This document shows positions 1 to 10,066 of a stretch of 64,000 nucleotides of DNA, one piece after another. Made by a program: the position numbers and the translations under genes. Numbering within the stretch: the stretch's first letter is position 1; each line of letters opens with the position of its first letter. The DNA lies in assembly GCA_963851405.1 (NCBI GenBank), contig CAWKPB010000007.1, positions 421,117-485,116 of the forward strand, in the 5' to 3' direction. Source of the stretch: an uncultured Actinomycetota bacterium (lineage in GTDB: Bacteria > Actinomycetota > Actinomycetes > DATJPE01). The notes beneath the pieces were generated by a model. That model did not search any database, had not been told where the DNA came from, and saw only the letters and a program-made list of their open reading frames with translations.

Positions 1-815
1 GACTCCGAGCGCCTGCGCGCCGTACTGGCCGCTGGCGGGCCGCTGGTGATCATCGGGGCCGGCTGGATCGGGCTCGAGGTCGCGTCAGCCGCCCGGGCCG
101 CGGGTGTGGACGTCACCGTCCTGGAGCGGGCGGCCCAGCCCCTGGCCCACGTGCTCGGTGGCGACGTTGCCGAGGTCTTCGCCGACCTCCACCGCAGCCA
201 GGGAGTCGACTTGCGGGTGGACGTCGGCGTGGACGAGATCCGTACCGATGGAGTCCTCACCACGACCGGCGAGTTGCTGCCCGCGGCCGCGGTGCTCGTC
301 GGCGTCGGCGCTGACCCGAGGACCGAGCTGGCGCAGGAGGCCGGGCTCGGCGTCGACCACGGCATCGTGGTCGACGTGGGCCTGCGTACGTCCGACCCGC
401 ACATCTTCGCGGCGGGCGACGTCGCGCTGGCGTACCACCCGCGCTACGGCCGCCACCTGCGCACCGAGCACTGGGCCAACGCCCTGCACGGCGGCCCGGC
501 CGCGGCCCGGTCGATGCTGGGGCAGGACGTGACCTTCGACCGGCTGCCGTACTTCTACACCGACCAGTACGACCTCGGCATGGAGTACGTCGGCTGGGCC
601 GACCCCCGCACCGCCCAGGTGGTGCTGCGCGGCGATGTGAGCGGCCGCGCGTTCCAGGCCTTCTGGCTGGTCGACGGCGTCGTGGACGCTGCGATGCACG
701 TCAACCTCTGGGACGAGGGCGCCGACCCCCTGAAGGCCCTCATCGAGGCCAAGGCCTCTCCCGACCCGGCTCGCCTCGCCGACCCGGCCGTCCCCTGCTC
801 GACCTGCTCCCCTAG
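1..815 (+). CDS. NAD(P)/FAD-dependent oxidoreductase, ferredoxin-reductase-like (5' partial; probable 1-bp indel near 795)
   Basis: GAGWIGLE nucleotide-binding motif, TSDPHIFAAGD, EHWANA and PYFYTDQYD C-terminal reductase motif; frame open from position 1. Restoring one C in the C-run near 795 gives VPLLDLLP-TAG (813-815). Confidence 0.85.
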
Positions 816-851
816 CCGGCCGGCGGTCCTTCCCGCGCCCCAGGCCCCCGC

Positions 852-919
852 GGCACCACGCAAAGTGGTGCCTTAGTCCGGCATTCCGGGCGCTCGCGGG
901 TCCCCAAGGCACCACTTGG
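852..919. repeat. Intergenic inverted repeat between convergent genes (12-bp perfect arms)
   Basis: AAGTGGTGCCTT (863-874) and AAGGCACCACTT (906-917); a further GGCACCAC at 852-859 can also pair with 865-872. Confidence 0.8.
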
Positions 920-948
920 GCGGCAGGCGGAGACGAAAGGGGCTGTCG

Positions 949-1825
949 CTAGGCGCTGAGGGCGAGGCCGATCGCGATCAGGGTTGCGTAGATGAGCTCG
1001 GCGCGGCCGGTGGCCTTCAGGACCGGGACCAGCGCCGGGCCGGTCGCGCCGCCGATCACCAGGTGGGACTCGCGCAGCTGAAGCGGCAGCGCGCCCAGCC
1101 CGAGCAGCGCCCACGGTGACCCGGTCAGAGCCAGCCCGAGCGGTACGGCCGCCGGGAGCAGGACCAGCCCCGCGTACAGCATCCGGGTCGGCGCGTCGCC
1201 CATCTTCACCGCGAGCGTCCGCTTGCCGGCCTCGGCGTCGCGCGGGCGGTCGCGCAGGTTGTTGGCCACCAGGATCGCGCAGGCGAGCATCCCCACCGGG
1301 ATCGCGACGGCGACGGCCAGCGAGCTGACCTCGCCGACCTGGACGTACGCCGTCCCGCACACGGCCACCAGCCCGAAGAACACGAACACGAACAGCTCGC
1401 CGAGGCCCGCGTAGCCGTACGGCCGCGGCCCGCCGGTGTAGCCCCACGCGGCCAGGATCGCCAGCGCCCCGATCAAGACCAGCCACCAGGTCGTCAGCGC
1501 CGCCAGCACCAGCCCGGCGACGGCCGCCACCGCGAACGCGGCGTACGCCGCCCGCTTCACCGCCCCCGGGCTCGCCGCCCCGGACCCCACCAGCCGAAGC
1601 GGCCCGACCCGGTCGGCGTCGGTGCCGCGGACGCCGTCGCTGTAGTCGTTGGCGTAGTTGACCGCCACCTGCAGCGCGACGGCCACCAGCAGGCAGAGCA
1701 GCGCGCGGTCCCAGATCACCGACTCGGACGCCGCCGCGACGCCCGTACCCGCGATCACCGGCGCGAACGCGGCCGGCAGGGTCCGCGGGCGCGCGCCCTC
1801 CACCCACTGCGCCGACGGTCGCCAC
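949..1825 (-). CDS. menA: 1,4-dihydroxy-2-naphthoate polyprenyltransferase (indel near 1813)
   Basis: W..GARPRTL N-terminus, NYANDYSDG and NNLRD..D..AGKRTL UbiA-family motifs; GTG at 1825 joins the main frame after removing one G. Confidence 0.93.
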
Positions 1826-1829
1826 CCGG

Positions 1830-3065
1830 TCAGCCGTTCTCGGCGGCGACGGCGATCAGCGCGGCCCGGTCGACCTTGCCGGTCGCGAGCATCGGCAGGG
1901 CGTCGAGGACGACGATGCGGCGGGGTACGGCCTCGCGCCCCAGCGCCTTGCGCACGCCCGCCTTGGCGGCGTCCTCGTCGACGTTCGCGCCGGGCCTCGC
2001 CGGGACGACGTAGGCCACAACCGCTTGCCCCCACTCGGGATCCGGCACCCCGAGTACGGCGGCGTCGCCGATGCTCGGGTGGGCGGTGAGGGCGTCGGCG
2101 ACCGCGTGCGGGGAGACGTTGGTGCCGCCGGTGACGATGATGTCGTCGGCGCGGCCGAGGACCTGGAGGTAGCCGTCGTCCCAGCGGCCGACGTCGGGCG
2201 TGACCAGCCAGCCGTCGTCGAACGCGGCGCTGGTGAGGTCGGGGCGCAGCCGGTAGCCCGCGAAGACCGACCGGCCCTTCAGCAGGATGCGGTCGTCGCC
2301 GTCGCGCAGCCGGACGTTGAGGCCGGCGAGGGGGAGGCCGTCGTAGACGCAGCCGCCGTTGGTCTCGGACATGCCGTACGACAGGCGCAACTTGGGCGCC
2401 GGCGTCTCGTGCGCGGGCGGCGAGGTCGGACGGGGTGGCGGCGGCGCCGACCAGGATCGCGTCGTAGGACGCCAGCGCCTCGTGTGCGGTCGCGTCGCCG
2501 TCGACGATGCGGCTGAGCTGGGTGGGGACGATCGAGGTGTAGGTAGGCCCGCCCGCGGCTCGCTGCGTGGAGGTCGTCGGTCGCGGCGACGAAGGCCTCC
2601 GCGGTGAACGTCTGCCGCAGGTCCATGGCGACGGGATGGGTGCCCGCGCGGGCCGAGCGGGCCAGCACCTGCAGGCCGCCGATGTGCCAAGCGGGCATCG
2701 CGAGCAGCCAGGTGCCGGGGCCGCCGACGAGGGCGTGCAGGGCGTCGGCCGACCAGCTCATGCCGTCGCGGGTCAGCGCGACGCCCTTGGGCGCGCCGCT
2801 CGACCCGGATGTGGTGACGACCACCGCCACGTCGTCGTACTCCAGCGGCGCCGCCGGGTCGTCGGCCCGCAGTTGTGCGCGGACTCCCGCGCTGGCGGCC
2901 GGCCCGCCTGGTTGCCCAGACGCCAGCACGCTGCCCCACTCGGTCGGGGGGAGGGGGAGCAGAGCCGGGACCGGAGCCGTCCAGCGCGGCGGCGAGCGGG
3001 GGGAGCAGCGTGTCGACCACCGACGGGTCCCCGGTGGTGGGTACGGCCGTCAGGTCTCGGGTCAT
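1830..3065 (-). CDS. menE: o-succinylbenzoate-CoA ligase (several indels)
   Basis: TTSGSSGAPKG P-loop (in frame 2279..2929), SYGMSET, GRADDIIVTGG and LPMLATGKVD adenylate-forming motifs split over frames; men cluster context. Confidence 0.88.
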   Translation of the reverse strand: MTRDLTAVPTTGDPSVVDTLLPPLAAALDGSGPGSAPPPPDRVGQRAGVWATRRAGRQRGSPRTTAGRRPGGAAGVRRRGGGRHHIRVERRAQGRRADPRRHELVGRRPARPRRRPRHLAARDARLAHRRPAGAGPLGPRGHPSRRHGPAADVHRGGLRRRDRRPPRSEPRAGLPTPRSSPPSSAASSTATRPHTRRWRPTTRSWSAPPPPRPTSPPAHETPAPKLRLSYGMSETNGGCVYDGLPLAGLNVRLRDGDDRILLKGRSVFAGYRLRPDLTSAAFDDGWLVTPDVGRWDDGYLQVLGRADDIIVTGGTNVSPHAVADALTAHPSIGDAAVLGVPDPEWGQAVVAYVVPARPGANVDEDAAKAGVRKALGREAVPRRIVVLDALPMLATGKVDRAALIAVAAENG

Positions 3066-3104
3066 GGCCGCCTAAGCCTAGGCGCGTCTGGGCCCCGGTC
3101 TCCT

Positions 3105-3167
3105 GCGGAAGTGACCGAAAGTGCAGCGCCCGCGCGATTGGAGCGCGTCCGATTCGGACACTTCTGC
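3105..3167. repeat. 63-bp imperfect palindrome in divergent intergenic region
   Basis: GCGGAAGTGACCGAA (3105-3119) against TTCGGACACTTCTGC (3153-3167), 13/15 complementary, plus an inner GCGC/GCGC pair. Confidence 0.7.
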
Positions 3168-3228
3168 CATCGGCCGGCCCGCACACATGGGGGCGACGGC
3201 GTCGGTGCGGGTCGCTAGGTTTCTCGGC

Positions 3229-4051
3229 ATGGCCAGCGCCCAGAGCACCCGCTTGTCCACCGACGCCTACCTCGCCCACCTGGCGGCCGACTCGGCGCGC
3301 TTCGAAGCCGTACTCGCCGACATCGACCCCACGACCCAGGTGCCCACCTGCCCCGACTGGGACGCCGACGACCTGCTGTGGCACCTCGCGGAGGTGCAGT
3401 GGTTCTGGGGGACGATCGTCGCCGACCGGCTGGCGACCCCGAAGGGCCTCGACGACCGGCGACCGTCTCGTCCCGAGAGCCACGACGAGCTGCTCGCGCT
3501 CTACGGGAAGCTGAGCGCCGACCTCGGCGCCGAGCTGGCCCAGACCCCACCCGAGGTCGCCGTGTGGACCTGGTCCTACGACCACACGGTCGGCTTCGTT
3601 CACCGCCGGCAGGCGCACGAGGCGCTGATCCACCGTGTCGACGCCGAGCTGACCGCGGGAGCGCGCACCCTCATGGACGCGGCCCTGGCCAACGACGGCG
3701 TCGACGAGGTCCTGCGGGTGATGTACGGCGGGGCGCCGCCCTGGGGCACGTTCACCCCGGCCGAGGGGCAGACCGTGCGGATCGCCGCGCTCGACACCGG
3801 CGCGACCTGGGTCTCGACGCTCGGGCACTTCGTGGGGACCGACCCACGCGACGGGCGAGGAGATCGACGACGCGGACCTGCGGATCGCCGACGTCGATGA
3901 CGGTTCGGATGTGGCGGCGGAGGTACGCGGCACCGCCGAGGACCTGAACTGCTGGCTTTGGCACCGGCCGACCGTGGGCGAGCTGGAGCGCACCGGAGAC
4001 GTCGACGTGCTGGCTGCCTTCGACGCCACCATCGCCCCCGGCATCAACTGA
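3229..4051 (+). CDS. Mycothiol-dependent maleylpyruvate isomerase family (MDMPI/DinB-like) protein (indel near 3855)
   Basis: VPTCPDW..DLLWHL, RRQAHEALIHRVDAE and DGVDE motifs; C-terminus continues in a shifted frame to TGA 4049-4051. Confidence 0.82.
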
Positions 4052-4059
4052 GCCGGCCG

Positions 4060-5107
4060 GTGACAGACCCAGCGCTCGCCGACCGCGGTGCCGCGGCCCC
4101 GGGCGGGGTGGCGGACTGGAGCGACCCGGCCTGGCATGCCGACGTACGGCTCTGGGTCGACGCAACGCCTCGCGGAGCTCGGCCTCGCTGTGGACGGCCC
4201 GATCGAGCAGCCGCACGTCTACATCTGGGCGACCGCCATGCGCATCCCGACCACGGGCGGCGTGGTGTGGTTCAAGGCCTGCATCCCGACGTTCGCGTCC
4301 GAGCTGGCCATCCTCCCGGTCCTGGTCGGGCTGCGCCCCGACCTCTTGGCGCGGGTCATCGCCTCCGACCGCGACCGCGGCTGGCTGCTCACCTGGGACG
4401 CCGGGGTCAAGCTGCGCGAGGCGGCCACCGGTCGCGACCAGCTGCCGTACTGGGAGCGGGCTCTCCCCGACTACGCGAGCCTGCAGATCGCCACGGTGCC
4501 GTTCGTCGATGCCCTGCTCGCCGATGGCGTCCCCGACCACCGCACCGCGCTGCTGCCCGCGCAGGCCCGCGCCCTCGCCGCCGACAGCGCCCTACTCACC
4601 GAGGCGCCCGAAGAGGCGCTGACCGCTGCGGAGTTCGAAGCCTTCCGCACCACCGGCCTGGCCGACGTCGAGCGGCTGTGCGCCGAGCTCGTCGCCGCCG
4701 GAGTCCCCGACTCGATCCAGCACGACGACCTGCATGACGGCAACGTGCTGCTCGACGGCGACCGGCTGGTGCTCTTCGACTGGGGCGACGGCTGCATCGC
4801 GCACCCGTTCCACACCATCGTGGTCACGCTGCGCTCGGCGGCCTACAAGCTCGGCCTCGAGCCAGGCGGCGCCGACGTGCTGCGGATGCGCGACGCCTAC
4901 CTCGAGCCGTGGGGCGCGTACGGGACGCACGCCGAGCTGATCGCGATCGCCGACCTCGCCCGCCGGACCGGCACCGTCGCCCGCGCCCTCGCCTGGTCGC
5001 GTTTCCTCGACGGGCTGCCCGTCGACCGGCGCGCGGAGTTCCAGCCCTCAGTGCCGTACGGCATCCGGGGGTTCCTCTCTGACGGCCCCTGGGGCAGCTT
5101 CGCCTGA
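4060..5107 (+). CDS. APH/choline-kinase-family phosphotransferase (indel near 4164)
   Basis: Brenner motif HDDLHDGN, FDWGD and VWFKA; N-terminus from GTG 4060 lies in another frame. Confidence 0.78.
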
Positions 5108-5220
5108 CTCGCGCTGCGGATTTGGTGCGGGCGCGGGTTCGCGGAGCCGGGACTGGGCCGAACCGGTGATCCGCGCGCCGATCGTGGACCGAGCGGGCAC
5201 CGTCAGTCACTCTGAGACGC

Positions 5221-6273
5221 ATGCGTCTGTCTCGTCGGCTCGTCGCGGTGGTGGCTGCCGGCTGCCTGGCGGCCGCGCCCCTGGTCGCGACGCCGAGCCA
5301 GGCGGCGGCCGCCAAGGTCGACAAGGGTGCCAAGCACGTCAACGTCCCGGCGGAGGGGAAGGCGGCCAACACCTCGACGCCCACCCGCTGGGTCGGCACG
5401 GGGACGCCCGCGAGCTGCACCTCGGAGGCCGTGGTCAGCGCCGTACGCAAGGGCGGGATCATCCGGTTCCGGTGCGGCCCCGATCCCGTGACGATCACGA
5501 TGAAGAAGACGGCCAAGGTGGTCAACACCAGCAAGCGGGTGGTCCTCGACGGGAAGGGACTGATCACCCTGAGCGGCGCCGGGAAGCGCCGCATCCTCTA
5601 CATGAACACCTGTGACGCCAAGCAGATCTGGACCACGAGCCACTGCAACGACCAGGCCCGGCCGAGGCTGGTGGTGCAGAACCTTCGGCTGGTCCAGGGC
5701 GACGCGACCGGCAAGACCTACGACGGGGGCGGTGGCGGGGCGATCTTCGTGCGCGGCGGCCGGCTGAAGATCGTGAACTCCACCTTCAACCGCAACCGCT
5801 GCGATCGGCACGGCGCGGATGTGGGGGGCGCGGCCGTGCGGGTGCTGGACCAGCATCGCGATCTGCCGGTGTACGTGACGCGCAGCACGTTCAAGCGCGG
5901 GGTGTGCAGCAACGGCGGCGCGCTGTCGAGCATCGGGGTGAGCTGGCAGATCTACAACAGCGTCTTCACGGACAACAAGGCCGTCGGCCACGGCGCCAAC
6001 CCGGCACGGTCCGGGACCGCGGGCGGCGGCTCCGGCGGCGCGATCTACAACGATGGCAACAAGTTCCGGCTGCACCTCGCCGGGTCCACGATCACCGACA
6101 ACCACGCCAACGAGGGCGGCGGCGCGATCTTCTACGTCAGCAACGACGGCTCCGGCACCCTGGCGATCGACTGGTCGACGCTGAAGCGCAACGTGAGCGA
6201 GCGCTTCGAAAACGCGCCAGGAATTTTCTTCCTCGGCAAGAAGAAGACCTTCGAGCACTCGATCGTGCGCTGA
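5221..6273 (+). CDS. Secreted right-handed beta-helix protein with Pmp-like GGA(I/L)/FxxN repeats
   Basis: Signal peptide (MRLSRR-hydrophobic-AQAAAA-like); repeated GGAIF/GGAL/GGAIY and FNRN/FTDN motifs; strongly GC3-biased codons. Confidence 0.7.
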   Translation: MRLSRRLVAVVAAGCLAAAPLVATPSQAAAAKVDKGAKHVNVPAEGKAANTSTPTRWVGTGTPASCTSEAVVSAVRKGGIIRFRCGPDPVTITMKKTAKVVNTSKRVVLDGKGLITLSGAGKRRILYMNTCDAKQIWTTSHCNDQARPRLVVQNLRLVQGDATGKTYDGGGGGAIFVRGGRLKIVNSTFNRNRCDRHGADVGGAAVRVLDQHRDLPVYVTRSTFKRGVCSNGGALSSIGVSWQIYNSVFTDNKAVGHGANPARSGTAGGGSGGAIYNDGNKFRLHLAGSTITDNHANEGGGAIFYVSNDGSGTLAIDWSTLKRNVSERFENAPGIFFLGKKKTFEHSIVR

Positions 6274-6314
6274 GTTCCCGAGCCCTCTCCGGGCGCTTAG
6301 TCCTGGAGCTCGGG

Positions 6315-7250
6315 TCAGAAGTAGTGGGGGTACGGCGACCAGTCGGGGTCGCGCTTCTCCAAGAACGCGTCCCGGCCTTCGACGGCCTCATCGGTCATGT
6401 ACGCCAGCCGCGTCGCCTCACCGGCGAACACCTGCTGCCCGACCAGCCCGTCGTCCAGCAGGTTGAACGCGAACTTCAGCATCCGCTGCGCCTGCGGCGA
6501 CTTGCCGTTGATCCGCGCCGCCCAGTCCAGCGCGGTCGCCTCCAACGACGCATGCGGCACGACCGCGTTGACCATGCCCATCCGGTGCGCGTCCTCGGCG
6601 GAGTACTCCAGCCGAGGAAGAAGATCTCCCGCGCGCGCTTCTGGCCGACCTGGCGGGCGAGGTAGGCGGAGCCGTACCCGCCGTCGAAGGACCCCACATC
6701 GGCGTCGGTCTGCTTGAACCGCGCGTGCTCGGCCGACGCGATCGTCAGGTCGCACACCACGTGCAGCGAGTGCCCGCCGCCGGCGGCCCACCCCGGCACC
6801 ACGGCGCACCACGACCTTGGGCATGAACCGGATCAGCCGCTGCACCTCGAGGATGTGCAGCCGCCCGGCCTGCGCCGGGTCGATGGTGTCGGCGCTCTCG
6901 CCGGAGGCGTACTGATAGCCCGACCGCCCGCGGATCCGCTGGTCACCGCCGGAGCAGAACGCCCACCCGCCGTCCTTCGGCGAGGGCCCGTTGCCGGTGA
7001 GCAGCACGACCCCCACCGACGACGTCATGCGTGCGTGGTCGAGGGCGCGATAGAGCTCATCGACGGTGTGCGGCCGGAAGGCGTTGCGCACCTCGGGCCG
7101 GTCGAACGCCACCCGCACCGTCGGCTGGTCCACCCCGTCCACGACGTGCCGGTGATAGGTGATGTCGGTCAGATCCTCGAAGCCCGCGACCACCCGCCAG
7201 GCCGAGGGGTCGAAGGTCTCGGACACGGCGTTCGCGTCGGCAGCAGGCAC
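6315..7250 (-). CDS. menB: 1,4-dihydroxy-2-naphthoyl-CoA synthase (indels near 6805 and 6610)
   Basis: [22 protein letters not shown] and [26 protein letters not shown] (middle part in ORF 6476..6802). Confidence 0.95.
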   Translation of the reverse strand: MPAADANAVSETFDPSAWRVVAGFEDLTDITYHRHVVDGVDQPTVRVAFDRPEVRNAFRPHTVDELYRALDHARMTSSVGVVLLTGNGPSPKDGGWAFCSGGDQRIRGRSGYQYASGESADTIDPAQAGRLHILEVQRLIRFMPKVVVRRGAGVGRRRRALAARGVRPDDRVGRARAVQADRRRCGVLRRRVRLRLPRPPGRPEARAGDLLPRLEYSAEDAHRMGMVNAVVPHASLEATALDWAARINGKSPQAQRMLKFAFNLLDDGLVGQQVFAGEATRLAYMTDEAVEGRDAFLEKRDPDWSPYPHYF

Positions 7251-7281
7251 GTCGGCGAGGATAGGTGAGGAATGGGCCAGG

Positions 7282-8241
7282 ATGGGCGCCGTGCCCTCGG
7301 TCTATGCGATCCCGCTGCGTACGGGCTTCCGCGGGATCACCCGCCGCGAGGGCGCCCTGATCCAGGGCGATGCGGGCTGGGGCGAGTTCTCGCCGTTCCT
7401 GGAGTACGGCGACCGCGAGGCGCTGCCGTGGTACCTCGCGGCCTGCGAGGCAGCCGACCGCGGCTTCCCGCCGGCCGTACGCGATCGGATTCCGGTCAAC
7501 GTCACGGTCCCCGCGGTCGGACCCGATGAGGCGGTCGCGATCGTGCGTGGGTCGGGTGGCTGCACCACAGCCAAGGTGAAGGTCGCCGAGGTCGGCCAGT
7601 CGCTGGCCGACGACCTCGCCCGGGTCGAGGCGGTCCGCGACGCGCTCGGCCCCGACGGTCAGATCCGGGTCGACGCCAATGGCGCGTGGCCGGTCGAGTC
7701 GGCGATCGATGCGATCCGGGCTCTGGACAAGGCTGCCGGCGGCCTGGAGTACGTCGAGCAGCCGTGCGCCACCGTCGAGGGTCTGGCCGATGTGCGCCGC
7801 CGCGTCGATGTGCCCATCGCCGCTGACGAGTCGATCCGCCGCGCCGCTGACCCACGCCGGGTGGTCGCGCTGGACGCCGCCGACATCGCGGTGGTCAAGG
7901 TGCAGCCGCTGGGCGGTGTGCGCTCCTGCCTGCGGATCGCCGAGGAGATCGGCCTGCCCGTCGTGGTGTCGTCGGCGCTGGAGACCTCGGTCGGGATCGC
8001 GATGGGGGTGGCGCTCGCGGCGGCGCTGCCCGAGCTGCCGTACGCCTGCGGGCTGGCGACCGTGCAGCTGTTGTCGGCCGACGTGGTGGCCGAGCCGTTC
8101 CTCCCCGTCGACGGTTGTCTGGACGTGCGCTCGGTGGTCCCGCACCCGGCCCGGTTGGCCGCGGCTCTGGCCGACTCCGACTCCGAGGCGCGCTGGTCGG
8201 GCAGGATCGACGCCGTGGATGCCCTGGCGCGTGACCTGTGA
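7282..8241 (+). CDS. menC: o-succinylbenzoate synthase
   Basis: FRGITRREG, GWGEFSPF, KVKV, RVDANG, EQP and ADES enolase-superfamily motifs. Confidence 0.93.
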   Translation: MGAVPSVYAIPLRTGFRGITRREGALIQGDAGWGEFSPFLEYGDREALPWYLAACEAADRGFPPAVRDRIPVNVTVPAVGPDEAVAIVRGSGGCTTAKVKVAEVGQSLADDLARVEAVRDALGPDGQIRVDANGAWPVESAIDAIRALDKAAGGLEYVEQPCATVEGLADVRRRVDVPIAADESIRRAADPRRVVALDAADIAVVKVQPLGGVRSCLRIAEEIGLPVVVSSALETSVGIAMGVALAAALPELPYACGLATVQLLSADVVAEPFLPVDGCLDVRSVVPHPARLAAALADSDSEARWSGRIDAVDALARDL

Positions 8242-9902
8242 CTGCTGACCCTGGTGCGCCCAACCCGTCGACGGCGCTCGCGACCGTGCTGGTCGATGAG
8301 CTGATCCGCGGCGGCGTGCGCGAAGCGGTACTCGCCCCGGGATCGCGCTCGGCCGCGTTGGCGTTCGCTTTGCACGCCGCGGATGCTGCGGGTCGGCTGC
8401 GGCTGCACGTGCGCATCGACGAACGGTCGGCCGGCTTCCTCGCCCTCGGCCTGGCCAAAGCATCCGGCGCCCCGGTCGCGGTCGTCACCACCAGCGGTAC
8501 GGCTGCTGCCAACCTGCACCCCTCGGTCCTCGAGGCCTCGGAATCGGGGGTGCCGTTGGTGGCGCTGACCGCCGACCGCCCGCCCGAGCTCCGCGCCACC
8601 GGCGCGAACCAGACCGTCGACCAGCTCGGGATGTACGGCTCCGCGGTACGCCTGTTCCACGAGGTCGGTGTAGCCGCGTCGGTGGACGCCGCCCTGAACA
8701 CCTACGTCCGGGGCCTGACCGCGCGTGCTCTCGCTGCGGCCCGCGGGACCCTGACCCACGACCCGGGGCCGGTGCATCTCAACGTCGCGTTCCACCCCCC
8801 GGTCATTCCCTCGGGAGGCGCCTTCGGTGTCGACTCGGGCGTCCTGGCCGGGCGCCCCGAGGGGCGAGCGTGGACCTCGGTGTCGTCGTCCGCGCCTCCG
8901 CCGCCGACGACCGACGGCTGGCCGGCCCGCACCCTGGTCGTGGTCGGCGACGCCCCGGCCGGCTGGGGCCGCCAGGCCGTACGGCTGGCCGAAGCCCGCG
9001 GCTGGCCGGTCTTGTCCGAGCCCAGCGGCAACGCCCGGACCGGACCGAACGCCTTGACCCTCGGCCACCTGCTGCTCGACGCCGAGATCCACCCCGACCT
9101 CCGGCCCGAGCGGGTGCTGGTCGTCGGTCGCCCCACGCTCGACCGGCGGGTCGCGGCGCTGCTCGCCGACCCTTCGGTCGAGGTCGTCGTGGCCGCACCC
9201 ACCGCGCGCTGGGCCGACGCAGGTCGTACGGCTGCTCGAGTTCTCGCCGCCATGCCCGAGCTGGGCGACCACCACCCGGTGGACCCGTCGTGGGTGGAGG
9301 CATGGCGGGCGGCCGACGCGGTCGCGGTCGAGGCCAACCCGGTCGGGGAGTGGGGTGGCCCTGCGGTTGCGGCCGCCCTGCACGCCGGACTCCCCGCGGG
9401 GTCGCTGCTCGTCGTCGGCTCGTCGCTGCCGGCGCGAGACCTGCGGCACGCAGCGCCGCGCGAAGGCGTGACGGTGCTGGCCAACCGCGGCGCCGCCGGC
9501 ATCGACGGAACGGTGTCGACCGCCGTCGGCGCCGCGCTCGCCTGGCAGGCGGGAGGTGGGGGACCGGCGGTCGCCCTGCTGGGCGACCTCACGTTCCTGC
9601 ACGACAGCATCGGGCTGTTGCTCGGCGCCGACGAGCCGCGCCCGCAGCTCGCCGTCGTTGTCGTCAACAACGACGGCGGGGGGCTGTTCGAGCAGCTCGA
9701 GCAGGGCGCGCCCGAACACGCCGACGTGTTCGAGCGCGTCTTCGGCACCCCGACCGGCGCGGATCTCGCCGCGTTGTGCGGGGCGTCGGCCACGCCGTAC
9801 ACCCGGGTGTCGACCACCGACGAGCTGGTCGCCGCCGTCAACGACCCGCGCGAATCCCTGCACGTCGTCGAGGCCCGCATCCCGCGCCCCGGTCGCCCCT
9901 AG
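8238..9902 (+). CDS. menD: SEPHCHC synthase
   Basis: PGSRS, IDERSAGFLALG, TSGTAAANL, NRGAAGIDG and GDLTFLHD/NNDGGG ThDP motif. Confidence 0.95.
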   Translation: MTADPGAPNPSTALATVLVDELIRGGVREAVLAPGSRSAALAFALHAADAAGRLRLHVRIDERSAGFLALGLAKASGAPVAVVTTSGTAAANLHPSVLEASESGVPLVALTADRPPELRATGANQTVDQLGMYGSAVRLFHEVGVAASVDAALNTYVRGLTARALAAARGTLTHDPGPVHLNVAFHPPVIPSGGAFGVDSGVLAGRPEGRAWTSVSSSAPPPPTTDGWPARTLVVVGDAPAGWGRQAVRLAEARGWPVLSEPSGNARTGPNALTLGHLLLDAEIHPDLRPERVLVVGRPTLDRRVAALLADPSVEVVVAAPTARWADAGRTAARVLAAMPELGDHHPVDPSWVEAWRAADAVAVEANPVGEWGGPAVAAALHAGLPAGSLLVVGSSLPARDLRHAAPREGVTVLANRGAAGIDGTVSTAVGAALAWQAGGGGPAVALLGDLTFLHDSIGLLLGADEPRPQLAVVVVNNDGGGLFEQLEQGAPEHADVFERVFGTPTGADLAALCGASATPYTRVSTTDELVAAVNDPRESLHVVEARIPRPGRP

Positions 9903-9939
9903 CCGCCGCTCCCCGGCCCGGCCCCAGCTCCCCGCCCGC

Positions 9940-9996
9940 CGAGTGCGGCGAAAATGACCTTTCTGTCACCAAGTTGGGTCCCTTTCCCGGCATTCG
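9940..9996. repeat. 57-bp palindromic element, copy A
   Basis: CGAGTGCGGCGAAAATGACCTTTCTGTCACCAAGTTGGGTCCCTTTCCCGGCATTCG; flanked by C and C. Confidence 0.9.
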
Positions 9997-10031
9997 CCAC
10001 GGTGGGGCGCGTTCGTGGACGAGCGCCGAAA

Positions 10032-10059
10032 TGCCACCACCGCGGGGTGATGGCACACT
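10032..10059 (+). promoter_or_regulatory. Inverted repeat (candidate operator) overlapping the -10 box of the MMPL gene
   Basis: TGCCACCACC-GCGG-GGTGATGGCA (9/10 arms); CACACT at 10054-10059 lies 7 nt before ATG 10067. Confidence 0.5.
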
Positions 10060-10066
10060 TCGGCCA

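Noticed and set aside
8870-10066. 400-aa N-terminal extension on the MMPL protein
   Set aside because: It is an Arg/Pro/Gly-rich shadow frame of menD; the real start is ATG 10067 after a -10 box.
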